The position numbers were made by a program, and so were the translations under genes. Under the pieces are notes generated by a model that saw nothing but the letters and a program-made list of their open reading frames with translations, did no database searches and was not told where the DNA came from. This document shows, in pieces, positions 12,891-32,600 of a stretch of 64,000 nucleotides of DNA. This DNA comes from Takakia lepidozioides (taxonomy: Eukaryota; Plantae; Bryophyta), in NCBI GenBank assembly GCA_030704615.1, contig CM060734.1, positions 40,114,001 through 40,178,000 on the forward strand, given 5' to 3'. Each line of letters begins with the position of its first letter. Position 1 is the stretch's first letter.

Positions 12891-15888
12891 GGGGGGGCAG
12901 ATCTTCAAGAGTCCATTTCTCGTTCTTGTGAATTGAGGCCAGTTCCTGTTCCATGGCGTCGACCCATCCTGGGTGTCGAGATGCTTCGGCATAGGTGGTG
13001 GGTTCTAGGACAGCTTCAGACAAACCCACCACGAAATCATTGAATCGTCTTGGAGGATGAATGGCTCGGCTAGTGCGTGTATATACACCTTCAAGCTGTA
13101 TTGGTGGAACTGCCTCTAGTTGCCCGTGCATACTAGAGGTCGAGGCAGAACTACCCTCTAAGTCTGCACTTGACTGACTTGTAGATGATGATATAGAAGG
13201 CAAGGATTCATGAGGAGTATCTGAATTTGGGTCATGCAATCATTCGAACAAATTGTCATCAGTACCTTCAGGTGGTTCTTGGACTGGTGAAGGCTCCAAA
13301 AGATCAGGAGACTCTTGTTGTGGGAGCTCCCGCTGTGGTCCGTCCGGCTAGCTATTGGCTGGCCACGAGAAATGAATGTTGTGACCTTCAAGTGGTTGTT
13401 TATCAGCAGCAGCTAGGACATAGTGCATGTGATCCTCATCAAAAACAACATCCTTAGAGATGACCATCTTGCTCATCCTTGAACAAAAGCATCTATAGCC
13501 CTTGGTGCTAGTGTCATAACCCAAAAATACACACCTCATCTTCTAGCACGTCTTTGGACAGAGACTGTTAGCACAGCAAATTACCTTGTCAATATTTCTC
13601 TTACCAAGGCAAACAGTGGCATCACACCACACCAAAAAATTATTTGGAGCCCCGCCTGACGTGCGAGTGTTTGGCTGTGTAGGATTTGTCCATATCAACT
13701 CTCACTGGACCAAATGGTCACGGCCAAGCTCTTGGCTCGCTCTATCAGGGTTCGGTTCTTCCTCTCTACGACCCCATTTTAATGCGGGGTGTTAGATTGG
13801 GTGAATTGTCGTGTTATGCCATGATCTGCACAAAAATTTGAGAATGCAGTCGAGCAGTATTCCCCGCCTTTGTCTGATCGCAACACTTTGATAGTGCGTC
13901 CAAACTGTTTCTCAACTCTGGACTTAAATTGCTTAAACAAGATGAAGGTGTCGCTTTTCTTCCGAAGGAAGAAGACCCAACAATACTGACTATAGTCGTC
14001 TGTAAATGTAAGAATATACAAAGCTCCACAGAGAGAGGGTGTGGACAGTGGTCCACGGAGATCAATGTGGATCATATTAAGAGGCGAAGAACTCCTGTGA
14101 AGGCTCTTCTTTGGAGCTTTCTCCTGACTTTGCTTTCCAAGCGCACATGCATGACAAACATCATGGCTCATGGATAGATTTTGAGGAAGTTTGATGACAA
14201 GAACTTTTTGCGATAAGAAATTTAAACTCTTGTAATTCAAGTGGCCCAACCGGTGATGCCAGATCCATGTGAGGTCCGTGCTACTTTCCACTGTGCCTAC
14301 GAATGATTCATTCAACACCGATTGTTTGTAAAGGCCATTCGATAGATCATGAATTCCTTTATCGAATACCTCAAGGCCAGCATTCAGCAAGAAAACATTC
14401 TTGTCGTCAAAGAGAAGTCTAAATCCTTTGTCAGTCAAGGTACCAACAAATAGCAAATTCTTGCATACACCTGGGACATAACTTCTTCCTTTATTGCATC
14501 ATTTTTTACAGGAATCACAATATTGCCTTTCCCGGCTATTTGGCGGTAAAGGCCTCCAGCAGTTTTGACCTTGGATTTTCCTTCTCCCTTTTTGATATTG
14601 GATAGAAGACTGTCATTGCCCGAGACATGCTTAGTGGCCCTGCTATCCACATACCAATCAGATGCATCGCGGTACTGAGCTACGTTGAGCTCGAGGATAT
14701 CTGCAGCCAGATTGTCAGTGGGGGCATCATTGCACTCCTGAAAAGTATCGATCTCCTCATTGCTACTGTCGTCAATGATGTTGACAAAAATTTGAGACGT
14801 TCGGCAGCACGACGCTTGATCTCATTTGACAATTCAGTGCAATTGCGCATCCAATGATCAGGTTTGCCGCAGAAGTTGCAGCTCCCCTCACGCTTGACAG
14901 TGGCCCCTTCCGATATTTATTGTCGGTGGGCTGGCTCTTGTTTCTTGCAAATTTAGACTTGATCAGCAAAGTTTTTTTCCACGAGCCTCCCGAATTTCTT
15001 GCTTGGCTTCGTCCAATAGAAGAATACCAATCAATTCATTGAGCATTGGAAGTTCGGGTCGGTAGATCAAGGTGCATGCCAGTGATTCCAAGCTCTCAAG
15101 TAGAGAATTCAAAATCTACTCCACCAGGTCCTCTTCATGGACTGGTTCTCTGATGTTGGCTAGCTGGTTGATAAACTTTTTGAGCTGCTTGACGAACTCT
15201 GTCACCAATCCGCCATTCTCGAGTCGAATGTTGGTGAGGCGGCTCTTGAGCAATAGACGACGTGCTCCGCTTTTCTGCTCATACAGGTCCTTCAAAGTCT
15301 GCCACATCAGCATTGGATCTGTGATCCCTGCGATGTGGGGAATAATTTCATCTCGCACAGAAAGACTGATTATCACCAATGCTTTCTACGATGTCTATCA
15401 GTTCATCCCTTTGTAACAAGCTGGAAACACGGAACTTCTAGATAATATGGTAGTTGGAAAGTCCACCTAGCTTTGAGATCTCTGATACATTGCTTTTTCC
15501 GTGGGCCATGTTGATACTCTCACAAATACTACGGAGTTACACTATTGTTACTGTCACCTAGCAAAAGTGTTATCCGAAGTCCTAAAAGCAAAGGGTCCCA
15601 CTACTAACCTGCTTTGATACCATAAAATGGATTAAGTAAGGAAAGCCTATTGTCAAAAAGGTCTGACTTCCAACTTTCTAAGTGGTCAAGCCTGCAGAGA
15701 GTGGGGCAACAACTAAGCGTGGTGGTCATCGTAGATCGCTAAGCTTAACTGGGCTCACCACTAAGCAGGGTGGCTTCTCTATGTAACTACTAACGTATGT
15801 GCTAAATATTAAACCTAGTAGTAGCATCTAAGAGTAGCATCTAAGAGTTAATCCTATTTGACCATGTTGTGGATCTTAATCTCTAACA
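12891..15888 (-). mobile_element. Degenerate Ty1/Copia LTR retrotransposon (LTR, PBS, gag, protease, integrase, start of RT)
   Basis: UBN2-type gag (15116-15379), knuckle CNFCGKPDHWMRNC (~14845-14885), protease WYVDSRATKH, WHHRLGHLN, integrase HIDLRGP..DDYS..RSDKGGEY, SH3-like CVFLGYD, then EPTTYAEA..WVDAMEQEL. A probable 5' LTR spans ~15625-15888 and starts TGTTAG. Confidence 0.92.
15611..15622 (-). promoter_or_regulatory. Primer-binding site (tRNA-iMet) of the Copia element
   Basis: The minus strand reads TGGTATCAAAGC, one mismatch from the canonical TGGTATCAGAGC, and lies between the LTR and gag. Confidence 0.8.
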
Positions 15889-15942
15889 CACTTTACGTAG
15901 CCCTACCTTTAAGAAGGCAAGGCCAACAAACTACCAAACTTA

Positions 15943-17527
15943 GGGCCGGTTTACACGAGGACCCGGGCCCAAGAAAAATGGGCCCAAGACTAGAGCTTTT
16001 GGGCCCACAATCGGGCTGAATGAATTGATTAAAATATAATTTTTGAGGAATTGGCGTGTAAACCTATTGGGCCCAAGCCTAAGGCCCAAACCTACACCAA
16101 TATCAGGCACTCTCCCCCTTCTTCCATTCTCCGTCTTCTACACGTCTTCTACGCTCCACGTTGTCTCACATCAAATCGTGTATCCCTAAACTATGGAAGC
16201 AAGAAGGCATAATATTATTGTGGCCTTGGTCCTTGTCATGGCCTACACGCGCGTGATTACAACCATTTTGGCATTGCAACAACTTATAAACGAGCAATTT
16301 GCTGGATTGTTGATGATGATTGTGTTCATCACGGAAGAAGGAGGTCCAAGAGATAGAGAGGCTTGATGATTCTACAAGCAGAACCTACGTGTGCTTGCCG
16401 TGAGGTAGTTGTTGTGAGTCTCTAGTCTCTACCTTCCTACAACCCCATCTATGACCTGTTTCAATCCTACGGCTACGAGAGGCTTAAAAATATATATCTT
16501 AACCCCTAAAGGACTAGCTAACTTTTGGGAGTTTTCCCAAAAAGTGGGCCATACCCTCCATTGCCCAGCTGTAACTTCCTACCCCCTTATATCCAGCTGG
16601 ATGGACCGTTCCATTTCATCCCTACCTACTACATGAAAGTCCTCCGAAAATTGTAGCACTTTTGACCGTTCCATTTAGTAGATTATAACAAAAGAAAATT
16701 GGCCAAGTTGACACCATCAACAAAAAAGAGAGAGGAAAAATTGCTTTGACCATGCAAGTTTGGTGATTTTATATTTTTTCTTGGAGAAATAGCCTCCAGA
16801 ATTCGGATAAGGGGCAATGAACAGGTCATCTCCCAGAATCTCAGACCAAAATGCCAAAAATATGGGGGGGCTATTTTGTATGTGAAATCTGGGGGGGTAA
16901 ATTATCTTGTTTTGGCTTCTTTCCCAAGAGGTGACATTTGTTTTCCAATTCCTCTGGTAAGTAAGTGCACAGTAACATTTCATGGTGCCTTGTCCAAATT
17001 TTTTGGCATTATGATAGATTTTCAGCCCTAGATGTTATCTTGAACATTGCCTATTTGACTGCCACGTAGGCAGGTCAATGGTGCTCTAACACTGGATTTC
17101 ATGAAACCCTGGCACTTTGCAAAATTATAGGGAGGAGAGCTTTTATGATTTTTTGGCTCTGTAATTCCCACATGTGCCTCCCTGACATCTACCATTCATC
17201 TTCAAGGTTCACTTCCATCCACTATCATCCATGGGAGTTGGAGCGTGGCAAGTAATCTGCCAATTGGGTCGCGTCGTCCTTTAGGGCTTAATGGTAGGTT
17301 TCTTGGGCCCAAGGGAAAGAGTTGGGTCTCCATCCCAGGAGCATTCCTTTTGTTGGACTGCCCAGGAGTTTGGCGCCATAAATGTTGCCGTGTAGGTAGC
17401 CATGTCATGTTCTCGGTCTTGGGCCCGGACCCTCATGTAAACCGCTTGGGACCGATTTAAGGCTCTTGACCAATAGGATCTCTTGTTTCTAGCTTGGTCT
17501 TGCCCGGGGCCTTGTGTAAACCGGACC
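15943..17527. mobile_element. Non-autonomous PIF/Harbinger element
   Basis: TTA|GGGCCGGTTTACAC ... GTGTAAACCGGACC|TTA gives a 14-bp TIR (one mismatch, extendable to ~30 bp) with a TTA TSD on both sides. There are subterminal GGGCCCAA repeats and a second TIR-like copy at ~17418-17445. Confidence 0.85.
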
Positions 17528-19257
17528 TTAATGTGATGTGTACACACAAGTTTAGACTTTGATAGACACAAATGGAAAACTTGGATTCACCTCATAGAAA
17601 ATGCTAGCTATGATCCTTGGATGCATTCATGAGTAATCTGGACATGCTTCCTAAATGAATCACATTGTATTCTAAACCACATGCATCCACCTCACTAGCA
17701 CTACCTATAGCACCAAATACTAATAACTTAGAAGTGCCCAAGTCATATCACATCTCCAGCCTGCAAGTGCATTTTCCGGTTCATATGTTGTGGACAAATC
17801 TCTCATCAACAGCTGCATCACTCAAACTGCTGGACAACCTCCTTGCTTTCAGAACTCTTCTGCCCCCCAGTGAATAGCTAGTCTCCGGACTTCATCTTCG
17901 CTTGAGTTATGTCAGATTCATTTCACTTAGGTCTGTAGTAAACAGTAAGTAGCCGTCTTGGTTTTCCCCGACTGAGCGAGTCTGGAATCTGAAGGAGGGA
18001 TGCCCACAACGATTGCAACTTGCCCCAAGTCTTCTCGCTGTCTGAACATCTCTGTACGCTCTGAATGCGCACAATGTTCACGTTGTGTCATTATAATATT
18101 GACTGTTCCCCGACGTGACCTCCGTGTTTGTATGGATTTAAGATTTCTGGGACTGTCTACTCTACCCAGTCCCCGAGCTCTGATGTAGTACAGAACTGCT
18201 GAACTGAACTCAAAACCTGCCAGATATTAAGAAAACCTAAGCTTACTGGATTGTTTCTGTAATTGCTATGCCTGCTGGATCGGAGGGCCTTTTTGCGCTT
18301 CTTTTTTCGAGTCTTTGAAACCCATCCAAAGCTGTGCTGAAACTAGGCCAGCTGGAACAGCTTCACCGAATTCTGTGCACTGAGTCTGCTAGGACCAATG
18401 TCGCAGAGCAGACCGTTCGATTTAAATCATCATGTTTGTTGTTCCAAACATCAAGAATGTCTACAGAGTCGTAGTAACGCATATCGACAAGACGAGTGTG
18501 TATGAAAACCTGATGGAAATGTTCTGCGAATGCGATGGTGAGAACAAGAACAGAGCGATGCAGCCCACGTGCAGCAGTCTACTTGTCGAGCAAGAACTGG
18601 ATCTCGATCATAACTCCATCGGATCTCAAGAGACCTTCTGAGACCACAAGGAACCAAATCGCTGGATTGAAGATACAGACGGGCACAGACAAGTGAATCT
18701 TGGTCAGCTACATGGATTGCCCCAAGCTGAACAGGCTGCTTGGGATCTTTTCACACTACCTACTTACCCAGTACCCTCCCTTTGATCATGAAAGCTCGCA
18801 TACTCAAGAAAGAAAGCATGCGATGAAAGCGAGCACAGACTTTCCAAAGTAGAAGCTTTGCAATCAATAGTGGTGCTTCTGGTGTTGGCAGTTAAAGGCG
18901 GGAGTACGCTACCGAGCAGATTTTGTCCGATTATTCTGGTCGTTTGGTTGTTCATCCCAACCAATCTATTGTGAAAGTTTTATGGGTCAGTAGTGTGGAA
19001 TAGCATGGCAGAATTCATTGGAGAGCTTTGATTTAAAACGGCAGAAGTGCCACAGCATGCCATTGAGGGGTTGGGAAGAGATTTACGTTTCATAGAGGGG
19101 GAAGAGATGCCAAGGTCCACAGAGAGGGGGGGAGAGAGAGAAACAGCTCACTTGTTGAGAAGGCAGCTCATGAAGCCGGTAGTGAAGTCTTGCCTGTAAT
19201 AGAGAGCTAGGTAATGAGGGAGACACATGTCCCAGGAGAGACACAAGCACCCTGGCT

Positions 19258-20733
19258 ATGGCCGCAATGAGGCGGGCGGCACCCATTGCGTCAGGCCACA
19301 CCCTGTGTGGATCCCTGCTAGAGCCCAGCACTCTACCCTCGCTCTGGCACGTCATTCACTCTCGTAGAATTAGTGAAGAGGCCGGCAGCTTGAACTCAGA
19401 GGAAAGAGAGAAAAACAAGGACACGGGACGGTTAGAAGAATCGAGCCTGCCTCTGCTCCAAAGGTGCAAGAATTTACTGGTGGCGAACTGGCGGGGGCAA
19501 TTGACCACTGTCGATTCCACGGGCACGACGAAGGATGCTTCCAAGGTGTGGGGGTCACTGGCCCAGTATGTGTTTGTTGCTGGAAAGCTGGTTTTGTGGA
19601 TTCCTAAGAATGACCCCCATCAGATGAACTTGTTGATGGACGAGCGAGGATCCCTGGTGGTAGGTCACACTGACCCACGTCCTCTCATGCATGCCTGGAG
19701 AGAGCTCAATATTATTCCCCCGCGCGCTGTTTTACTTGGATCATTTGCTCTCCTAGGAGATCACGAGAAAGAATATGTGAAAAAGAGGGTGTCGAAGGTC
19801 CGAGATGTGACTCAACAAGCCATTCAGGGAGCAGGGACTGCTTTGCAAAGCATTCTGCGTGATGCAGGCCGGTCGTTGGAATTTCGAATCGAGGCTCTCT
19901 CCTCCATGGCCGAGTCTTCTGACAACGATTATTTGATATACCGTCTCTCTCCCAGGTAAGCCTATACATGGCCATCCTCTGGACACTTAGATGTCTTTCC
20001 CACCGTTATATGAAATTCTTTCAGAGGTCGTCATAGCACAGGCATACTGTGCATAGGGACTAAACCCCACAAATGGGGTTTTGGTCAAATAGCTCATGGT
20101 TTAAAGGTTTGTGGCACATTGCTGCTGCTCTGTTGAATTGCTAGACCTGCATTGATGCCCAGCTTAGTAAATCCACCTTCTATCAGAGTTGTCAGATCTT
20201 TGATGAAACCTGAATGACACTGAATGGCACCATTGGTGATGTCAAATGGTTTGCCCAGGGCCTGCCACTTTGTGGATTTGTTGGGAGGCCAGCATGAGGT
20301 GGAGGTTTCTGACATTGCTGGTGCAGCAGCGGACTCACTGTCTCCAGTATTAGCAGCAATCATCGAGGGTATAAACCAGAGTGAATCTCGGAGATTTGCA
20401 CTCATCGTCTTCTGTGCTGTGTACTTAAAAGTTCGAGCTCAAGATGCCTACATCTTTGCAGCTGATCGGTGGGGTTTCAATGTGCTGGCAAAGGTAGTGC
20501 CGGGGGAGCAATCTGGGAAAGGTGGGGAGGCTAGCAACAAGGTGGAGGCATCTGGGGGTCAGGATCAAACAAGCAGGCTTTGGAGAGAGTTTCGGTTCGC
20601 TTTCTTAAGGGAGGTTAAGGATGCAGAAGGTTTCTGTGTGTTGCTTGCTGAGATGGAGAAGGAGAGCCTGGACACCATGCATAGAGCTCAAGAGTTAGCC
20701 CCGAGCGTCTTGTCCACACCCCCAAAACCCTAA
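19258..20733 (+). CDS. FMN-binding split-barrel family protein (At3g59300/At3g49140-like), 2 exons (19258-19955, 20259-20733), ~390 aa
   Basis: RCKNLLVANWRGQLTTV..LWIP..HQMNLLMDERGSLVV and D(R)WGFNVLAKV..WREFRFAF..VKDAEGFC. The GT-AG intron joins the two exons in frame. Confidence 0.75.
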
Positions 20734-21734
20734 ACCCCAACCCCAAATCCATTGCATCTGGACTTCAATCACATGCATGGATTATTGATGTTGCAGAAGT
20801 GATCATCAGCCTACTCTTGTATAATCACCAGTGCATCATCACTTAAACTCTTGAGGGATGGGGAAGCAGTTTTGTAGATTGTTGGTGGGGTTGCAGATTA
20901 GATGGGTTGCCACTAACATGTAAGTTGAGGAGAACCTAGCAATTACAACCTGCTAAACACTTCGGGATCACGACGAACACAGCAGCAGACACAGCAGCAC
21001 AGCAGTTTCTAAGAGCATCTTAACTAAGTATGTGTCAGGGCATGTTTTCACTTTCTTTGATCAGCAATGAGGATTGAGCCTTATTCTCACATTCAACATG
21101 GATCCAATTCATTGGAAGTATAGAGATTTCCTTCAGCAATCTTGTGGGGAAACATCAGAACTTATTTAAATGATATCCAGTGATGAGATGAGCTTTCACT
21201 AATGCCTCATATCTGCATTTTTTAGTCCAGGAGAACTGCCAATATCATTCTGTATATTCTCTTTGCAGACTGTCCCGAGCCATTCTCAGCAAACTTGCAT
21301 CAATAATCATCACTATGGCAGTGACTTATGACTGGTAAAAAAGTAACCAAAGACCCAAATCGAATAAGCCACCTTCATCAAGATGGCCTCTCCTCACATC
21401 TTCACATTCAAAGAGAAAATCAGGGACAGTTGAATGGACGGGCAACTTTGACTTATAATCATTTGGCTTACTACTTTTGACACAGACCATTCAGGTTTCA
21501 GGATTCAGGTTTCAATACCAACCAGAATAACTGTAGCTTGAAACTAATCTATTTTGATGCTGTCCCGCAGACATCAGACCAGCCATCACTCCAAATTGAG
21601 TTTCTGCATGATTTCTGTTTATTGTGACAAACTCCTACCCTTCAGAAACTGAAAGCCCTCTCTGTAGTTAATTAATTATCTGACCAGGTGCTCTGGGGGA
21701 ACTTAAAGTTTTGGTTAAGCTTTTGGTGTCATCT

Positions 21735-27748
<6,014 letters not shown>

Positions 27749-29681
27749 ATATTCGTTATTTCCTGATCCCTAACCTTGCCCCCACTCTCCTCTCCCTCAC
27801 CGGGGCCCTGTTCCTCTCTCCCAATATCTTTGTACTCCTAAGCTTCTGCACGGCGGGGTTCCTCCGTCTCTCTAACTCTACGCTTTTCCTCCCTGCCTCT
27901 TGAATAATGTCCGCTGGTATCTCCCTCTATCTCAATATATTTTCCTGCCACTTCCCTTCTGAATATCAACCCAGACTCACTCCCAGTAGAATAACTTAAA
28001 CCCTATCCCTATCGTTCCAAGTTCCAACTCTCTCCCGACCTTTCTCTGCTGTCTGTGCAGTCCGGAAAATCTATTACTTAGTGTCCTTACGACTCCGCCT
28101 TCATTAAAATCTATGCCTGATTGTAAGTACCTCACTCCTCTCTCGATCTATCGATCTCTCGCTCTCGTATATCGCTCCCAAACCCTTCACCCTTCCTTCT
28201 CTCCTCTCCTCAAAACCCTAGACTCGCACTCGCAACCCGACCTTCTCCCCATCGCGGGAATTTTACTTTGCTCTGCGAAATTTAAACCCTGCGCTACCGA
28301 TTTACCATTCATCCTGCACTTCTCGAGCTGCCAGGTGTCAGAAATCCTGCCAAGTGATACTTCGAGATTACTAATAATAATAATTAAAAAGGAATGATGT
28401 GAAAAGAGAACTTACCAACTGACTTGGTCCATGGAGTCGAATGGATGAATAATGATGGATGGGAAACATCCAAATGTACGAGGGAACACGGTCATGTTAG
28501 AGATGACACGTTCTCGATGATTCTTCAAGGTCACCGAACGTGTGGCCAGGGTGCCCTAACCACTCACTAGGCTAGCCGACGGCTGATGATTCTAGGGTTG
28601 CCGCTCTACCGCGGGCGGCCCACAGCCTCCCGTTTGTTCCCGCGCCTTGTCCGCGGCCCGGGTGGCCCACTCATTCCCCGAACGACATCATCCGTGATAC
28701 GGATGTAGTTCATCTCGGTGACCGGGGACAACCGGGCTTGGTGACTGTCTAGGCAGGTAAACACGGTGTTGCGGCGGGTCTCGAGCTGGGAGTGACCGCG
28801 TCTCCCGGTGAGCGAGGAACAGCAAGAAAGTAAGAAAAGTGGGGTGAAGTAATAAGGAGAGGTGAATGTGGGTGACGTGGCGGACGGAGAGGGCAGCCGC
28901 CCCTCTCATTGCTGCCACCGCCGCTCCGACTCTCCTTCTGCGATCGATCGTTCTGGTAGAGCGATCCCTTGAGCCTCGTGGCCGAGGAGATTTTTGTGTC
29001 TGTGAGATTATTGTGACACTAGAAGATCTCGGACTGCTGGGGTTGAATTTGGTGGTAGGGGGGGGTGTATCAGGAGGGCGAGATATCTCTATCTCCAAGC
29101 AGGAGCGCCTTGTTGTTGTAGTTTATGTGCATGGTGATAGAAGGCTTGCAGCAGTTGAGGTAGTGGTTTAGAAGGCGTCGGACGGAGGGACAAATTTGGA
29201 GCATCCGTCTTGAGCTTTGACTTGTGGAAGGTTGGAAGACCTGCAACAGAGTAAGAGGTTTTAACCTGATTTTGTACATCAGGCAGAAACCAGCCAGCTT
29301 CATTAGCTTAGCTTTGCTCCCGATGTGTTTTATTCAACTACGATTTTTTGTTGCCCAATCACAGCCTGCTTCGGCGTCAAACGTGCTTTGATCTGATTTT
29401 ATGCTATTTTGGTTGTCATACTTGCGTAAAATTTTATTTTCATTTTGTTTTTTGGACGTCTCGCTTAGCAGCCACACGCCCTCTTGTCGCAGATACTTAA
29501 TCGCTTCATCCTGTATCCCTGAAAGAATCGTCGATGATTGCAAGGTTTGCCTGCCAGTATTTTCTTTGAGGTGCATAGGAAAGTTTGCAGCTGTCTGCAC
29601 AGTAGATCTGCTGTTCTTCTGATTCAACTGGCTCCGGGAGCGAACTTTTAGGTGTGGAGTTCGTCCGGAGCACAAGCGGCA

Positions 29682-32600
29682 ATGGTGTCTGATGCAAGTA
29701 AGAAGAAGGCGGCAGCAAAGAAGGCTGCCGCTGCAGAGAAGCGTGGATCCAAGTCTGCTGCTGCTGTTGCCCAGTCAAAACTCAAGGATGTTCAGAACGG
29801 GTCTGCAAATGATTTGACGGAGGAGATGCTGGCACTAGCGATTACCGATCGAACTTGCACGGGCGTTTTAGCCTCCCATCCTCAATCCCGGGATATCCAC
29901 GTAATGATCAGAGTCTTTCTCGTCTTTGATATCGGGTATTTTAGATCTGATGTGAAACAGTCGCCCCGTCCTTTTTCCTTCCCTCTATTTTTGTCAGATG
30001 TCTACCTTGACAAGTTTCGCTAAAGGACTCCTTTGAGATAAAGTTTGTGTGAGTAAACTCTCGCAATACAATATAGAAGGCTTTCGCAGCACACTGTTCT
30101 TAAAGTAAGCGATAGAGATGCAGGCATGCTAGGGTGCACCCTCTTCATGGCAGCTTTTGTTTTTCTCAACCCAATGTTTGGGCTAGAGTCCAAACCAAAC
30201 ATGTTACTCTCCGATCATTGTGTGACAGCATTCTACTCCTCCTTTTCGTTGTAGGGTTTTGTTACAATGTATCACGAGGACCGTATGTGGCATCCAGGAG
30301 ACATTCTCACCTCAGTTTCGTAGCATGGTTAGGGTCATCAACAGGTGGGGGGTCTCCAATTGGCAATCACCAGATGGAAAGTTGCTGATGGCTTAGATGA
30401 CCCCTGTTGTTCCTGTCAGATAAATTGGGACAAAGTTCTCTGCTTTAAGAAAATAATGAGTACCCTGTAGTTCCCGGGCCTCCATGGATACAGCCTGATT
30501 CATGAAAGTATCTGGGGGCTTGCTAGGGTTACTTCAGCTACTCTGTTTTCAAAAGCCTACTTGGAGTTCTTCACTGTTCTTTTCTCCTTATTATTTACAC
30601 ATCATACGGAGATGATTGTAAGTAGTCCCTCCGGATTGTGTACACCTCAGCAGGTGGGGGCTTCAAGTTAAGATTTTTCTGGCAAGTGTTGAGGATATTG
30701 CCATCAGGTTAATGTTATTGGAGCTGGAAGGATGCTTGAATAGATGCATGGGTGGTTGATGATGCTGTGGTGTGACGGTAATTGAGTTAAAGGTTTTGTT
30801 TGCTGCAGATAGAGTCTCTGTCAGTGACTTTCCATGGCCATGAACTTGTAGCTGACTCGACACTCGAGCTCAATTATGGGAGGTAAGGATTTATCAGTTG
30901 TGGAAAGAAAAGAAGTTAAAGGTGGAATGCTTACTGTGTTTCTCTTTGTGACTTCCCCTTGACAAGTTTTGAAACTGCTTGTTTCTACATTGATTGCAAC
31001 AAAACTTCTGATTTTGATGTCCATGTGTATGACTTGGTCTGGCAGACGTTATGGGCTATTGGGGCTAAATGGCTGCGGTAAGTCAACACTTTTGACAGCA
31101 ATAGGGTATCGAGAGGTGCCTATACCAGATCATATGGACATCTATCATCTTACGCGTGAGATCGAAGCCACTGAGATGAGTGCCCTGGAGGCTGTGACAA
31201 ACGTTGATGAGGAGCGACTCAAATTAGAAAAAGAGGCAGAGAAACTAGCGGCGCAGGTGAGTCAGTGTGTCATGAACCCCGCTGTCACGAACTCCTTCGT
31301 TTGTCCTTGTGGATTCCACTTCCTTTGTGTATGCTGTACCCTTTGACGCAGTGAGAGCCTTATCTTTCAATGTGGATCTATATGAAAGGTGGTTGTCTGA
31401 TCAAGAGGCTTCATATCTGTTTACAGGATGATGGAGGAGGAGAGCCTTTGGAGCGGTTATATGAGCGACTGGAATCAATGGATTCTGCTACGGCTGAGAT
31501 GCGAGCAGCTCAGATATTGCATGGGCTGGGTTTCACGAAAAAGATGCAAGCAAAGCAGACTAAAGACTTTTCAGGAGGGTGGCGGATGCGTATAGCGCTT
31601 GCCAGGGCCTTGTTTATGAACCCAACCATCTTGTTACTTGATGAGCCAACCAATCATCTTGGTGAGTACCTATTCACTCAAATACAGGTGAGGTAACCTA
31701 GGTGCTGCAGTGTCATGAACAGCCACATTGTACTTTTAAAAGATGAGAGCATGTTTCTCACCATCTTTGCCTTCACCTGAAGTACAATTGAATGCCTGGA
31801 ACTCCTGTGCTTTCTATTTTTAGGCAGACGCTGAGTTTTATTTTGGGGCTTAGATTGTGTTGTTTCCGCAGTTGAGATCCTGATAAGGGCTTCATGAGCA
31901 TTTTTCAGAACTTGCACCAAAATTTATGTGCTGGCACAGGGCTCTTGCCCGAAATTGGACACTCTAACCAGCTTTTAGTCTTGTCCACAGCAATGTGTGA
32001 TTGAACCTCTTGTAGCTTGTGTTGTGTGGATTGTACATTCTGAAATGAGGCTGTGCATTCTGAAACTTCAATTTTGGTTGACATGTGTCATATTGTTTCG
32101 CAGATCTTGAAGCGTGTGTGTGGCTGGAAGAAACTTTAAAGAAGTTTGAGCGTATTCTGGTCGTTGTCTCACACTCTCAGGACTTCTTAAACGGGGTTTG
32201 CACCAACATTATTCACATGCAAAATAAGCAGCTCAAGTTCTACACGGGGAACTATGATCAATTTTGTCAGACACGTGGTGATTTGGAAGAAAACCAAATG
32301 AAGCAGTACCGGTGGGAACAAGAACAGATCTCCGCTATGAAGGAGTACATCGCCCGATTTGGGCATGGATCTGCCAAGCTTGCTAGGCAAGCACAAAGTA
32401 AGGAGAAAACACTAGCCAAGATGGAGAGGGGTGGCCTCACAGAGAAGGTTGTCAGAGACAAGGTGCTTACATTCAGGTTCACTGATGTAGGAAAGCTGCC
32501 CCCGCCAGTGCTCCAGTTTGTGGACCTAAAGTTTGGTTACACCCCTGACCATCTGATTTATGAGAAAGTTGATTTTGGTGTTGATTTGGACTCCCGGATA

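Noticed and set aside
12199-12931. Several overlapping Arg-rich ORFs
   Set aside because: They arise from GC-rich subterminal repeats and a poly(A) run, and show no protein family signal.
18000-19020. Short coding-like ORFs upstream of the split-barrel gene
   Set aside because: No recognisable domain or consistent splice pattern.
28688-29675. ORFs of 70-136 aa between ELM1 and ABCF1
   Set aside because: They lie in the GC-rich promoter/5'-UTR region and have no domain signal.
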